Shown here: in pieces, positions 45,192 to 54,934 of the stretch
How the letters are laid out: the number at the start of each line of letters is the position of its first letter
Position numbering within the stretch: the first letter of the stretch is position 1
Source of the DNA: Gemmatimonadales bacterium
GTDB taxonomy: Bacteria; Gemmatimonadota; Gemmatimonadetes; Gemmatimonadales; Gemmatimonadaceae
Assembly: GCA_038253885.1 (NCBI GenBank)
Contig: JBBSGP010000009.1
Coordinates: 19,105 to 83,104 of the forward strand
DNA length: 64,000 nt
Direction: 5' to 3'
Notes under the pieces: generated by a model
Told to the model about the DNA's origin: nothing
The model's input: only the letters and a program-made list of their open reading frames with translations
Databases searched by the model: none
Program-made: the position numbers and the translations under genes

Positions 45192-47600
45192 TTATCCGGC
45201 CGGCGCCCCCAGCGGCAGGAGCAACGATGATTCGACCCATCCTTCCCGCTCCCCCGCCGTCACGTGCGCCCATTCACCCACCCGTTGATCCACGTGAGTC
45301 ACCGCGCCCACGCGAAGTGTCACTCCGCGATCGGCGGCGAGCTGCGGATCGGCTCGCAGCGGAGCGGAAACCGACATCACCGCGAGATCGGACGCGGCGA
45401 GGGTCCGTTCCACCGATGCCGCCGCGCCCGCCGCCAGCAGCGCGGCCACCATCAGTCCTCCCGAGAGGGTGAGCAGCCCCGGACGGCGCCGGAGAGTGCG
45501 CCAGGCCAACATCACCCATCCGACGAGCCAGAGCATCGCGGCTGCTAGCGCGACGGGCAGTGCCGGGAGGGGGGGAACCCCGCCGGCATCGGCTCCCTCG
45601 GACGGCACGAGCTGCAGCCGCTCGCGCACGTCGGCCGCCAGCGGCTCCAGCCGCAGAGCCTTCTGCCAGCCGAGCACCGCGCGTGCGGTGTCCGACTGCT
45701 CCCACGACGCCGTGCCGAGATTCGCCCACACGTCCGGAGCTCGCGGCGCCCGCTCGGAGAGGGCCGCGAACTCGCGCGCAGCGTCGGCCGAGCGGCCGTT
45801 CGCGTACGCCGCCACACCTCGATCGAAGCGCAGCGCATTCTCCGACGGAACATCGGCGGCGGCGACCGAGAGTCCGAGAGCGCCGAGAGCGAACAGCACC
45901 AGCAGCGGCATCCGCGACCACTCCCCGAGCAGCGAGACGCACTCGCGGTCGATGGCGCGGTAGACCTTCAGCGCCCGACGCGCGGCGCCGTCTCCGGCGC
46001 GACCATCCGAGGGCCGATCGGCCGGACCGAACGCCGACTCGTTGAGAGCGATGAGAAGCTCGGCTGCCCTCTCCGCCGTGGCGGCGGTCGCGCCGGCCCG
46101 CCGCGCGGCACGCACGAGCGCGCCGGGCTCCGCGATCATGACAGGAGGCACCGTCAACCGTTCGGCAACCGCGTTCACGAAGGCGCGACGCACGCGTCGC
46201 AGATCGTCGCGCTCCTGTCCGGCGCGGGCGACGGCACGAAGGTGCCGGGCCCAGCGCCCTGCGGACTCCCGGCGTGGTCGTTGCCTGAGTCCGAGAAGAA
46301 GCGCTGGAAACGGTGCGAGGCTGAGCACCAGCCAGAAGGGCCTCGTTCCATACACGGGACGCCCGAGCTCACCCCGGAAGGCGGTCCGAAGCGCCAACCG
46401 CGGCGCGCGCTCCGCTCTCGCGGTATCGAGCCGTGCGAGCACTCCCGGAGTTACGGTGAGCGACTCCGGTTGTGTCTGGGCCGTCGCGTACTCGCGCCGC
46501 TCGGGATCGAAGTACACGTAGCGGACCGGCGGCAACAGGAGGCGCCCAGCCACCAGCGGCGTGAGCACCCACCGAAACTCCTTGATTCCGCGAACGAGGA
46601 GCGCGTCCTGATCGAGCTCGACCCGCTCGGAGGACGGCACTGCGGTGGCCCACGGAATCTGGAGCGCGGGACGAGGGAAAAGCTTCACGTTGCCGGTGCC
46701 GACGATGCGAACGGAGAGCGGCAGTGGGTCTCCGACGCGAGCGGCCGCGGTGTCGAGGCGGGCCTCCGCCCTCAATGTGCCGACCGCTCCCGTGTAGTCG
46801 GAAGGACGGGACGACACCGGCGGGTCGATGGCGACGATCGGCACGCTGTCGCTCTGAAGCTCGACGCTCTCCTCGCGGCTGAAGAAGCTGTAGGAGAGAG
46901 GCATGGCATACACCAGCCGCGCCGGAGGGATATGGAAAACGCCGGCCGCGACAGGGAAGACGGGACGCTGGTAGACGGTTGCCTCGTACCGATGCGTGCC
47001 CATCGCTCGCGCTGGAAATCCGGATGCGGGTGCGGGCGCATCGTACGACATGAGTCCGCGAATGTCGGGCGCTATCGCTTCCATGCGCCGCAGGCGATCG
47101 CGGACGTTTCGTTCGAGGAAGACACCCAGTTGATACGTCGACTGCTGTCCGACGTAGACGGTTTCCGGCACGGCCATGGCGTGGAAGTTCACCAGGATGG
47201 CGGTGTCGATCGGCGCGCGCGTGACCACAACCGGAGGAGCAGGTCCCCCGTGCGGGTCGCGGCGGACAGTGATGCGCAGAGCCTGGGCGACCGCTCGCTG
47301 CGATCCCCAGCGCACCGAGAAGGGAGGGATGACGAAGCTCCCTTCTCGCGTCGGCGCGAGAATGTAGTGGTATTCCGCGAGCAGCTGAGGGCGCCCGCGC
47401 GCGTCCACCTCACGCTTCTCGGCACCCGTTGCGCGCGCCAGCGAGAAAGGGCGGAAGCTTGGCGGGCTGAGCTTGAGCTCCCTCATGTTGGGAGCGTGGA
47501 CACGAACGCGCACGTCCGCGAATCCGGTCAGGGCGATCGTGTCCGTGGCCGTCACCGAGATCTGAAGCTGCGCGAAGATCGCGAGGGCGGTGAGAATCAC
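45192..47600 (-). CDS. BatD-like protein fused in frame to a BatE-like (TPR + SH3b) module
   Basis: GTG 47600 overlaps the upstream stop (GTGA). The BatD-like part runs from 47600 to about 45912. From an internal Met at 45911 there is a signal/TM-like segment (MPLLVLFALGALGLSVAAA), TPR-like helices (AAYANGRSADAAREF...VWANLGTASWEQSDTARAVLGWQKALRLEP), two TM segments and an SH3b-like end (LRVGAVTHVDQRVGEWAHVTAGEREGWVESSLL). No stop codon separates the two parts. Confidence 0.7.
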   Translation of the reverse strand: MILTALAIFAQLQISVTATDTIALTGFADVRVRVHAPNMRELKLSPPSFRPFSLARATGAEKREVDARGRPQLLAEYHYILAPTREGSFVIPPFSVRWGSQRAVAQALRITVRRDPHGGPAPPVVVTRAPIDTAILVNFHAMAVPETVYVGQQSTYQLGVFLERNVRDRLRRMEAIAPDIRGLMSYDAPAPASGFPARAMGTHRYEATVYQRPVFPVAAGVFHIPPARLVYAMPLSYSFFSREESVELQSDSVPIVAIDPPVSSRPSDYTGAVGTLRAEARLDTAAARVGDPLPLSVRIVGTGNVKLFPRPALQIPWATAVPSSERVELDQDALLVRGIKEFRWVLTPLVAGRLLLPPVRYVYFDPERREYATAQTQPESLTVTPGVLARLDTARAERAPRLALRTAFRGELGRPVYGTRPFWLVLSLAPFPALLLGLRQRPRRESAGRWARHLRAVARAGQERDDLRRVRRAFVNAVAERLTVPPVMIAEPGALVRAARRAGATAATAERAAELLIALNESAFGPADRPSDGRAGDGAARRALKVYRAIDRECVSLLGEWSRMPLLVLFALGALGLSVAAADVPSENALRFDRGVAAYANGRSADAAREFAALSERAPRAPDVWANLGTASWEQSDTARAVLGWQKALRLEPLAADVRERLQLVPSEGADAGGVPPLPALPVALAAAMLWLVGWVMLAWRTLRRRPGLLTLSGGLMVAALLAAGAAASVERTLAASDLAVMSVSAPLRADPQLAADRGVTLRVGAVTHVDQRVGEWAHVTAGEREGWVESSLLLPLGAPAG

Positions 47601-49279
47601 CAGTCCTTCCCGCCCGGCGGCCGGTCCGGCTGATTCTGCTTCTGCTTGCGCGCCTGCGCGTCTCTCTCCTCGCGGGCAGCGCTGCTCAGGAGCTGCTCGG
47701 CCTGCCGGCGATCGAGGCTGCCCGATTGCGGGCGCGGCGCTGACGGGCTCTGCTGTGGCGATGGTTGCTGCTCGCCTCCCCCTCCTCCGCCGCCTCCCCC
47801 GCCGCTCTTCGTCTGCCGATGGGCGAGCTCGTAGTTCCACTTCGCATCGAGCGCCGTCGGACGCACGCGGAGGGCGCGCCGGTACGCGTCGGCCGCCGAC
47901 GACAGGGATTGATCGGCCGCATCGCCCTGCGCGCCGAGGCCACGGCGCAGATAGACGAGACCCAGATTGAACAGGGCGCGAAAGCGAAGCTCCGGATCGC
48001 GCACGTCCGACGCCTGCTGGAGGGCGGTGATGGCATCGTCAGCGCGGCCGGACGCGAGGAGAGCGGTTCCGAGGTTGTACAGGACGCGCGGCGACTTATC
48101 GCCCCCCTGCACCGCGCGGCGATAGGCGTCCGCCGCGTCACGGTACCGGCCCGCGCGGTAGAGGCGGTCTCCATCGGCGGCGTCGTCGGCGCGCGCGACG
48201 CTCGGCACGATGAGCATCAGGAGCACGGTCGCGGCCACGGCGGCGGCGGCAGGCGCGCGACGCCGACGCCCGCGCCGTTCCGCCAGCAGCGTATCGAGGA
48301 GGATGAGCAGGATGGCTGGAATGAGAAAGAGCTGGAAACGGGGTTGCCGGTCGCGCCCGCTCTCTGCTTGCCGCTTCACGCGCCGGAGCGACGTCAGGGC
48401 TTGCCGAACTCGCGCCGCCTTGTCCGTCGCGCCGGCATCGATGAACTGTCCTTTGGCCGCGCGGGCCGCCGCCTCCAGCATCGTCGGGCTGGCCCGGGTC
48501 ACCACGATGTTGCCGTTCTCATCGCGCTTGAGGGTGGATCCCTGCAGCGTCCGCAGCGGGATTGTGCTGCCCTGCACGGTCCCGAAGCCGACTGTGATCA
48601 GGGTGACACCCGCTTCCGCCGCCTTCGCGGCTGCCGCCTCCACGTCCTGTTGCGGCTCGAAGGACTCGCCATCGCTCATCACGACGAGGGCGCGGTCCCC
48701 TCCGCCTCGCGTCGACGCGAGGAGATCGGTGCCCTGGCGAATCGTCCGGGCCAGGGAGCTGCCGGCCTGGCCGACGACCGAGGGATCCAGGTTGTCGAGA
48801 AAGAGGTCGAGAGCTCCGCGATCGACGGTGAGTGGCGTCAGGATGTAGCTCCTCCCCGCGAAGGCGATGAGTCCGATGCGGTCGCTGCCGGCATTCGAGA
48901 GAAAGCGCTGCGCTTCCTCCTTCATCCTTTCAAGACGATTGGGACGCTCATCGGTCGCCAGCATGGACAGCGAGGCGTCGAGCGCCAGCACCACATCGGC
49001 ACCGCTGCCGGTGACCACCGTCATCTCGCTTCCCCAGCGTGGACCCGCGAACGCGATTCCACCGCAGACCGTCGCGGGGCCGAGCAGCGCCGCGCGCCAC
49101 CAGGATGGGCGCGACGACGCGGGGGGGATGAGCCGCGCGACGATGTTCCGGCTGCCGAGCCTCTCGAGACGGCCGGCGCGCCGCCGCACCGCGATCAGGA
49201 CGAGGCCGACGGCCAGCAGCGCGAGCAGCGGCGTCGCGATCAACGCGGCGGGCACATCCACGAAGGGCAGGCCGGTCAC
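47597..49279 (-). CDS. BatB-like VWA protein fused to a BatC-like TPR module
   Basis: Two N-terminal TM segments. VWA MIDAS motif VVLALDASLSM...VVMSDGE. Then a TM segment and TPR repeats (LYRAGRYRDAADAYRRAV...VLYNLGTALLASGRADDAI...ALFNLGLVYLRRG). A Gly10 run follows, then a Gln/Pro-rich basic tail. Confidence 0.75.
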   Translation of the reverse strand: MTGLPFVDVPAALIATPLLALLAVGLVLIAVRRRAGRLERLGSRNIVARLIPPASSRPSWWRAALLGPATVCGGIAFAGPRWGSEMTVVTGSGADVVLALDASLSMLATDERPNRLERMKEEAQRFLSNAGSDRIGLIAFAGRSYILTPLTVDRGALDLFLDNLDPSVVGQAGSSLARTIRQGTDLLASTRGGGDRALVVMSDGESFEPQQDVEAAAAKAAEAGVTLITVGFGTVQGSTIPLRTLQGSTLKRDENGNIVVTRASPTMLEAAARAAKGQFIDAGATDKAARVRQALTSLRRVKRQAESGRDRQPRFQLFLIPAILLILLDTLLAERRGRRRRAPAAAAVAATVLLMLIVPSVARADDAADGDRLYRAGRYRDAADAYRRAVQGGDKSPRVLYNLGTALLASGRADDAITALQQASDVRDPELRFRALFNLGLVYLRRGLGAQGDAADQSLSSAADAYRRALRVRPTALDAKWNYELAHRQTKSGGGGGGGGGGEQQPSPQQSPSAPRPQSGSLDRRQAEQLLSSAAREERDAQARKQKQNQPDRPPGGKDW

Positions 49280-49289
49280 GGCGGCGATC

Positions 49290-50282
49290 TCACGGGAGGG
49301 GAGCCCGCCAGGCGAGAAGCAGCATCTCGAGCATGAACGCGACTAGCCCGACGCCGAGCGGCCAACGATACAGCTCGGTGTAACGCACGTAGGTTCTGGT
49401 TCGAACCGGAGCGCGCTCCAACCGGTCGATCTGCTCGTAGATGCGCTGCAGCGCGGCGCCATCGACAGCGCGGAAATACCGCCCGCCCGTGCCGGCCGCG
49501 ACATCGGCGAGCAGCTTCTCGTCGATCTCCACCGGGCGGTACTCGTAGCGCAGCCCCATCAACCCGCGACCGACTGGTACGGGCGCCATGCCCTGGGTGC
49601 CCACGCCGATCGCGTAGATCTTGATTCCGACTGCTCCGGCGGCCTGCGCGGCGGTGCGCGGATCGATGGAGCCCCGGTTGTTGACTCCATCGGTCATCAG
49701 GATCATGACGCGAGAGCGTCCCGGCGCGTCGCGCAGTCGGTTGGCCGCCGTCGCGATGGCCGTGCCGATGGCGGTTCCGTCCTCTAGCTGACCCGCCTGG
49801 AGATTGTCCACCGCGGCGTCGAGGACGGGATAGTCGGTGGTCAGTGGGACCTGTGTGAGCGCCTCCCCAGCGAAGGCGACGAGCCCGATCCGGTCGGTGT
49901 GCCGGCCGACGATGAACTGCTTCAGCCGCTGCTTCGCGACTTCCAGTCGATTCTGCGGCTGGAAGTCCTCGGACAGCATGGAGCTCGACAGATCGATGGC
50001 GACGACGATGTTGATCCCCTCGCTGATGACGTTCTCCGCCCGCGCACCCGAGCGCGGCCGAGCGAGCGCGAGGACGCATCCACCGAGCAGAAGATTGCGC
50101 ATGACAAAGAGGAGCCGCGCGATTCCCCTCCCGGCGCGCGGCCCGGCCGCGAGCACATCCGCGCGCGAGAAGACGATCGCGCTCGGGCGACGACGCCGTC
50201 GCCACAGCCACCAGGCAGGCAGGAGCAACAACAGGAGCAGGACGCCGGGCGACCCGATCTCGATGTGTGACAGCATGCTCAT
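49290..50282 (-). CDS. BatA-like VWA-domain membrane protein
   Basis: An N-terminal TM segment, VVAIDLSSSM (MIDAS), GTAIGTAI, ILMTDGVNN, and a C-terminal TM segment. Confidence 0.8.
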   Translation of the reverse strand: MSMLSHIEIGSPGVLLLLLLLPAWWLWRRRRRPSAIVFSRADVLAAGPRAGRGIARLLFVMRNLLLGGCVLALARPRSGARAENVISEGINIVVAIDLSSSMLSEDFQPQNRLEVAKQRLKQFIVGRHTDRIGLVAFAGEALTQVPLTTDYPVLDAAVDNLQAGQLEDGTAIGTAIATAANRLRDAPGRSRVMILMTDGVNNRGSIDPRTAAQAAGAVGIKIYAIGVGTQGMAPVPVGRGLMGLRYEYRPVEIDEKLLADVAAGTGGRYFRAVDGAALQRIYEQIDRLERAPVRTRTYVRYTELYRWPLGVGLVAFMLEMLLLAWRAPLP

Positions 50283-51244
50283 GCGGCCTCCCTCGCGGCC
50301 GGCGATTCGGGAGGAGCAGCGACGGCGCGCTCCACATCGCGAACGGTGTGGCGCGCCTCGAGTACCAGTGCGCGCGCCCGATCTGCCGCGACAGCGCGGC
50401 GGGCGAACTTGATCAGATCGGTCTCCGCGAGCGTTGGCGCGAGACGATCGATCGGCACGCGATGCTCATCGCGCAGCGCGAGCAGCAGCTCGTTGCTGGT
50501 GAACGAGCGTTCGGCCCGCGGCAGACGAGCAGCGAGGTAGTCGCGAAGAACGTCGACATTGAGAGCGACGTAACGCCCGCGCTCGCCCGCCTCCAGGAGC
50601 TGGAGCGCATCGATGCGAGCGAATTCCCGCTCTGCTTGCTCCAGCGCGTCAACCGGTGGCGCCTCAACGGTTCGAGCACGCCGTCGCAGCCAGAGCCAGA
50701 TGAGCAAGCCGACCACCAGCGCGATGAGAGCGGCGATCAGCCACCAGCGCCAGGTGGACGGCGGTGAGGGAGCGATGGCGCGGGCGCCCTTGGGAACGCG
50801 CGCCGCGCTGTCTGTGGGGAGCACGCTGCGCACGAATACCCGCGCGTCGCCCAGTGAGAGCGCGCTGCCGACCCCAGGAGATGTCGTGATCGCGACATCG
50901 GCCAGACCCAGTCGCACCACTCCCGTATCCCAGGCGACGAGGCGGTAGCGCGCACTCTGCTCGCTGACGGTGCTGTCCGGCGCCGGGATGACGAGTGGTG
51001 GATCCAGCGCCTCCACCGATGAGGCGCTGTCGGCCGCGCGCGGAAAGACGATCTGGCTGCCGCGGGGCGCGCGGACTCGAACCGTGACGACAAACGGATC
51101 GCCGACCGTCACCGTCTCCGGTTGGATGAGCACGCCCAGCTGCACACCAGCGTGGCGCGCGCCGCGCCCCGGTGGCTGAGGTGGGGGGATCGCGCCGGAC
51201 TGCCCCCCTCCCTGCGTCATCAGCGCCAGCAGCAACGCGATCAT
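50279..51244 (-). CDS. hypothetical Bat-operon membrane protein, DUF4381-like C-terminal half
   Basis: 321 aa: an N-terminal secreted beta-rich half, a central TM segment (WRWWLIAALIALVVGLLIWLWL), then a helical tail (ALEQAEREFARIDALQLLEAGE...YVALNVDVLRDYL). ATGA overlaps occur at both ends. Confidence 0.6.
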   Translation of the reverse strand: MIALLLALMTQGGGQSGAIPPPQPPGRGARHAGVQLGVLIQPETVTVGDPFVVTVRVRAPRGSQIVFPRAADSASSVEALDPPLVIPAPDSTVSEQSARYRLVAWDTGVVRLGLADVAITTSPGVGSALSLGDARVFVRSVLPTDSAARVPKGARAIAPSPPSTWRWWLIAALIALVVGLLIWLWLRRRARTVEAPPVDALEQAEREFARIDALQLLEAGERGRYVALNVDVLRDYLAARLPRAERSFTSNELLLALRDEHRVPIDRLAPTLAETDLIKFARRAVAADRARALVLEARHTVRDVERAVAAPPESPAAREAA

Positions 51245-52245
51245 GACCGGCGGCGTCCGCGAGTCTCGCGCGAGCGAAAGAATCGGAGCAGAGGCTCGAC
51301 GTAGCTCTGATCGGTCCGCACCGCGATCTCATCGATGCCCAGCCGGCGAAAGAGATGTCGCCGCTCGTCGTGCTCCTGCCGGACGCGGGCGTCGAAATGC
51401 TCCCGGACGCCCCGGTTGCTCGTATCCACATCGATCGCCAGCCCCGTCTCGGGATCGGCGAACCGCGCCAACCCGATGTCCGGCAGCGTGAGCTCGCGCG
51501 GATCCTCGATCGTGATCGCCACGATGTCATGGTGCTGCGAGGCAACCTTGAGCGGGTGCTCGATGCCCGGATCGAGGAAGTCCGAGATCACGAAGATGAT
51601 CGACCGGTGCGGCAGCATCTTCACGAGGTAGTCGATGGCGCCGGCGATGTTGGTGCGGCAGCCGCGTGGCTCGTAGACGAGGAGGTCGCGGATGAGTCGC
51701 AACACGTGGCGCCGACCTTTGCCCGGCGGGACGATCTTCTCCGGCTCGTCGGTGAACAGCAACGCGCCGACACGGTCGTTGTTGCGGATGGCCGACATGG
51801 CCAGAACGGCCGACAGCTCGCTCGCCAGCTCGCTCTTGAAGCGGGACACCGTGCCGAAGCGTTCGGATCCGGAGAGATCCACGGCCAGCATGACCGTGAG
51901 CTCGCGCTCCTCGATGTAGCGCTTGACGTAGGGTTGTCGCATGCGCGCGGTGACGTTCCAGTCGATCGATCGCACCTCGTCGCCCGGCTGGTATTCGCGC
52001 ACCTCGTTGAACTCCATCCCCTGACCCTTGAACACCGAGTGGTACTCACCGGTGAAGAGCGAGTTGACGAGGCCTCGCGTGCGCAGCTCCAGCAGCTTGA
52101 CCTGCCGCAACACCTCGGGCGGGACCACGGCGCGCTTCGCGCCGCGCGGTCCCTCGTCCGCATCGATCCCCCGGTTGGCGCGCGACCGCCGTGGGTCGCG
52201 CGCTCTCTCGGGCACGGGGACCGGCCGCGCCGCCCGGGGAGTCAT
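51241..52245 (-). CDS. DUF58-domain protein (MoxR-associated, VWA-like)
   Basis: GEYHSVFKGQGMEFNEVREYQPGDEVRSIDWNVTAR...MLAVDLSGS. ATG 52245 overlaps the moxR stop (ATGA). Confidence 0.85.
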   Translation of the reverse strand: MTPRAARPVPVPERARDPRRSRANRGIDADEGPRGAKRAVVPPEVLRQVKLLELRTRGLVNSLFTGEYHSVFKGQGMEFNEVREYQPGDEVRSIDWNVTARMRQPYVKRYIEERELTVMLAVDLSGSERFGTVSRFKSELASELSAVLAMSAIRNNDRVGALLFTDEPEKIVPPGKGRRHVLRLIRDLLVYEPRGCRTNIAGAIDYLVKMLPHRSIIFVISDFLDPGIEHPLKVASQHHDIVAITIEDPRELTLPDIGLARFADPETGLAIDVDTSNRGVREHFDARVRQEHDERRHLFRRLGIDEIAVRTDQSYVEPLLRFFRSRETRGRRRS

Positions 52246-53216
52246 GGGCTCTCGATCTTCGCCAGAACGCGGCGCACGATCTCTTCGCTCGTGACCTCCT
52301 CGGCCTCGGCCTCATACGTCGTCAGCACACGATGGCGAAGGATGTCCGGGGCAATGGCCTTCACGTCATCCGGCGTCACGAAATTGCGGCCGCGCAGGAA
52401 GGCGTGCGCCCGCGCTCCCTGAGCGAGAAAGATCGTCGCGCGCGGGCTCGCTCCGTACTCGATGTACGGAGCGAGATCGCCGAGCCCGGACTCCGCTGGC
52501 GATCGCGTGGCGTGCACGATGTCGACGATGTAGTCCATGATGCGATCGTCGAGGTAGAGCTCGGCGATCCGCCCACGGGCCTCCAGAATGCTCTGGGGCG
52601 TGGCCGCGTGCTCGACGGCGATCGGCTGCCCTCCGGCCATGCGCCGCATGATCTCCTTCTCTTCGGCCTTGGTCGGATATCCCACGTGGAGCTTGAGCAT
52701 GAAACGGTCGACCTGGGCCTCGGGAAGGGTGTATGTCCCCTCCTGCTCGATCGGGTTCTGCGTCGCCAGCACGAGGAACGGCTCCTCGAGCACGTAGGTC
52801 GTGCCTCCGATCGTGACCTGCTTCTCCTGCATCGCCTCCAGCAGGGCGGCCTGCACCTTCGCCGGTGCGCGATTGATCTCGTCGGCCAGGATGATGTTGG
52901 CGAAGATGGGGCCTCGCTTCACCCGGAATTGGCCCGTCGCCTGATCGTAGATCTGCGTGCCCAGCACGTCGGCCGGTAGCAGGTCGGGAGTGAACTGGAT
53001 GCGCTGGAAGGTGGTGGAGATCGTCTCAGCGAGCGTCTTGACGGTGAGCGTCTTGGCGAGGCCCGGCACCCCCTCGAGCAGGACGTGACCGCCCGTGAGC
53101 AGGCCGATGAGGAGCCGCTCGACCATGTAATCCTGGCCGACGACTCGCCTGCCGACCTGCTCCACGATGTTATGGACGAGTGCGGCGTCGGCCGCCGGCG
53201 CTACGCGAGTTGCCAC
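52242..53216 (-). CDS. MoxR-family AAA+ ATPase
   Basis: Walker A: HVLLEGVPGLAKTL. Walker B/sensor: IILADEINRAPAKVQAALLEAMQE. Also ATQNPIEQEGTYTLPEAQVDRF. Confidence 0.93.
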   Translation of the reverse strand: MATRVAPAADAALVHNIVEQVGRRVVGQDYMVERLLIGLLTGGHVLLEGVPGLAKTLTVKTLAETISTTFQRIQFTPDLLPADVLGTQIYDQATGQFRVKRGPIFANIILADEINRAPAKVQAALLEAMQEKQVTIGGTTYVLEEPFLVLATQNPIEQEGTYTLPEAQVDRFMLKLHVGYPTKAEEKEIMRRMAGGQPIAVEHAATPQSILEARGRIAELYLDDRIMDYIVDIVHATRSPAESGLGDLAPYIEYGASPRATIFLAQGARAHAFLRGRNFVTPDDVKAIAPDILRHRVLTTYEAEAEEVTSEEIVRRVLAKIESP

Positions 53217-53290
53217 GTGATGCTCCGTTCCGAGAGACCCCGCTCGTTATACCGAAGGAAGCGGAAAAGGTTTGGGGAAGCAGCGCCGGA

Positions 53291-54931
53291 TCATCGCTTC
53301 ACGCGAAATCCGCCGTCCTCCTCCTCGAAGATCCACACCGCGAGCCGCGATGGCTCGATCGGAGCGTCGGGATTCACAGCGGTCCATCGAGCGCTCGATC
53401 CCGTTCCGGTATCCTTCCGGACGCTCGCTATGCTCCGGGCACGCCGCACCCATTGTTCCATGTTCCCCGCGCGCAGATCCACCCAGCCACGCGACGCCAT
53501 GTCGGCGCCCCGACCGTCCGGCGGCACCACCACCGCACTGCCCCGCAGCACCGATCGGCCGTCGGCCAGGAGGATCGGAAGTCCGACCGACAGAATCTGC
53601 CGCCGCAGCTGCGGGTCGCGCTGGCGCAGCAATGCCTCGGCATCGCGAGCGAGCTCGGCCGGAGCCGCTCCGGCCAGCGCTCTGACGGTGGGATGAAGCA
53701 GGCTCAGGATGTGCGCCTCGTACAGAAGCTTGGTGAGCCGAGGCGGTCCGAGCATCTCGAAGCCGATGGACCGGACACCGTGTTGCTGCTCCAGCGCCCT
53801 GAGGCCGTCGACGGCGCACGCGCGCAGAAAGCCGCCCCGATACGTCGGGCCGAAGGTCGCTCCGTCGAGGGCGGCGACGATGTCCTTGCCGGTCGCCTGA
53901 CCCTGGAGCTCCATCACGACAGCGTCCGCGATCTCCTCCGGAGTGACCAACTCCATCTGCCCGAGCGCACTCACCGTCTCGAACTCGTCGCGCGCGAAGA
54001 AACCGTTCTCGCCCACGTTGATGAAGACGCTCTCCAGAGGCACGCCGAGGCAGCTCCATCCCGCGGCATCGGACCCGAACGCCCGGTCGAGGGCGATCGG
54101 CGTCTCGCAGTCGACCAGCTCCAGGGTGCGGCCGCCACGCCGAATCGCACCGTAGCCGATCTCCTTCCAGGCGATCGCCGCCGTCGGCTTGATCTCGATG
54201 GTCGCGGGCGCCCCCGGTGTGCGGCCGAGCAGAAAGAGAAACAGACTCTGCGCGCCCGCGACGCCCGACTTCGTCAGCAGCGTGCGAGACGGACGCTGCT
54301 CGCTGTGCGTGTACGGGATGTTGAGGCCCATCCCGCCGGTTCCGCTGGTGCCGATCTTCACGTAGGCGCGCGTCCCGCCGCTGCGCATTCCGTCCACCAG
54401 CACTTCCATGTGGCGGATGAGCTGCGGCATCGCGATGGTGAGGACATGCCGCTCGATCGACTCGGTGTCGAGCGTTCCGGCCTCGGCGGCGGCGAGCAGT
54501 CGGGCGGAGCTGGTGAACACGTCCTGATACGCCAGAGCCGTCGCGGTGTTGACGCAGTCGACGACGACATCCGGCCGATCGCGTACCAGCCAGCGATGGA
54601 GCAGATGCTGCTGCAGCCCGGACGGGGTGCTCGGACTCAGGATGTCGTCGACGAGCCGGCGGCGCGCCGACGCGTCTCCGAGCAGCTCGGAGCGCGGGCG
54701 GTGCGCCAGATCGGCGGGAAGGAAGATGTTGCCCCATGCCGAATCGATGGCAACCGATACTCCGGCCGGCACGTGAGCTCGGATGTCCGCCGCCGCTGCT
54801 TCCGTTTCCTCTCGGGCAAGGCCCGTGACGATCAGTCGCCGCGGAGAAAAAGCCAGCATCCGGCGAGCGATCGCGGTCCCCACGAGGCCGCTGCCGCCGA
54901 GGAGAAGCACCGTGGCGTTGCGCAGATCCAC
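53291..54931 (-). CDS. 546-aa protein with an N-terminal NAD(P)-binding Rossmann fold; function unknown
   Basis: Dinucleotide-binding start VLLLGGSGLVGTAIARRM. Also DVVVDCVNTATALAY and IGTSGTGGMGLNIPYTHSE. I cannot assign the C-terminal ~250 aa to any family. Confidence 0.7.
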   Translation of the reverse strand: MDLRNATVLLLGGSGLVGTAIARRMLAFSPRRLIVTGLAREETEAAAADIRAHVPAGVSVAIDSAWGNIFLPADLAHRPRSELLGDASARRRLVDDILSPSTPSGLQQHLLHRWLVRDRPDVVVDCVNTATALAYQDVFTSSARLLAAAEAGTLDTESIERHVLTIAMPQLIRHMEVLVDGMRSGGTRAYVKIGTSGTGGMGLNIPYTHSEQRPSRTLLTKSGVAGAQSLFLFLLGRTPGAPATIEIKPTAAIAWKEIGYGAIRRGGRTLELVDCETPIALDRAFGSDAAGWSCLGVPLESVFINVGENGFFARDEFETVSALGQMELVTPEEIADAVVMELQGQATGKDIVAALDGATFGPTYRGGFLRACAVDGLRALEQQHGVRSIGFEMLGPPRLTKLLYEAHILSLLHPTVRALAGAAPAELARDAEALLRQRDPQLRRQILSVGLPILLADGRSVLRGSAVVVPPDGRGADMASRGWVDLRAGNMEQWVRRARSIASVRKDTGTGSSARWTAVNPDAPIEPSRLAVWIFEEEDGGFRVKR

Positions 54932-54934
54932 GGG

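Noticed and set aside
47774-47803. The Gly10-coding stretch in the BatB-BatC fusion, considered as a slippage-prone repeat.
   Set aside because: The DNA uses mixed GGC/GGG/GGA codons, so it is neither a homopolymer nor a perfect trinucleotide repeat. I note it only as a flexible linker.
49398-49407. A GGTTCGAACC T-loop-like sequence that could hint at a second tRNA.
   Set aside because: It lies inside the BatA-like coding region. It is a simple palindrome with no flanking acceptor, D or anticodon arms.
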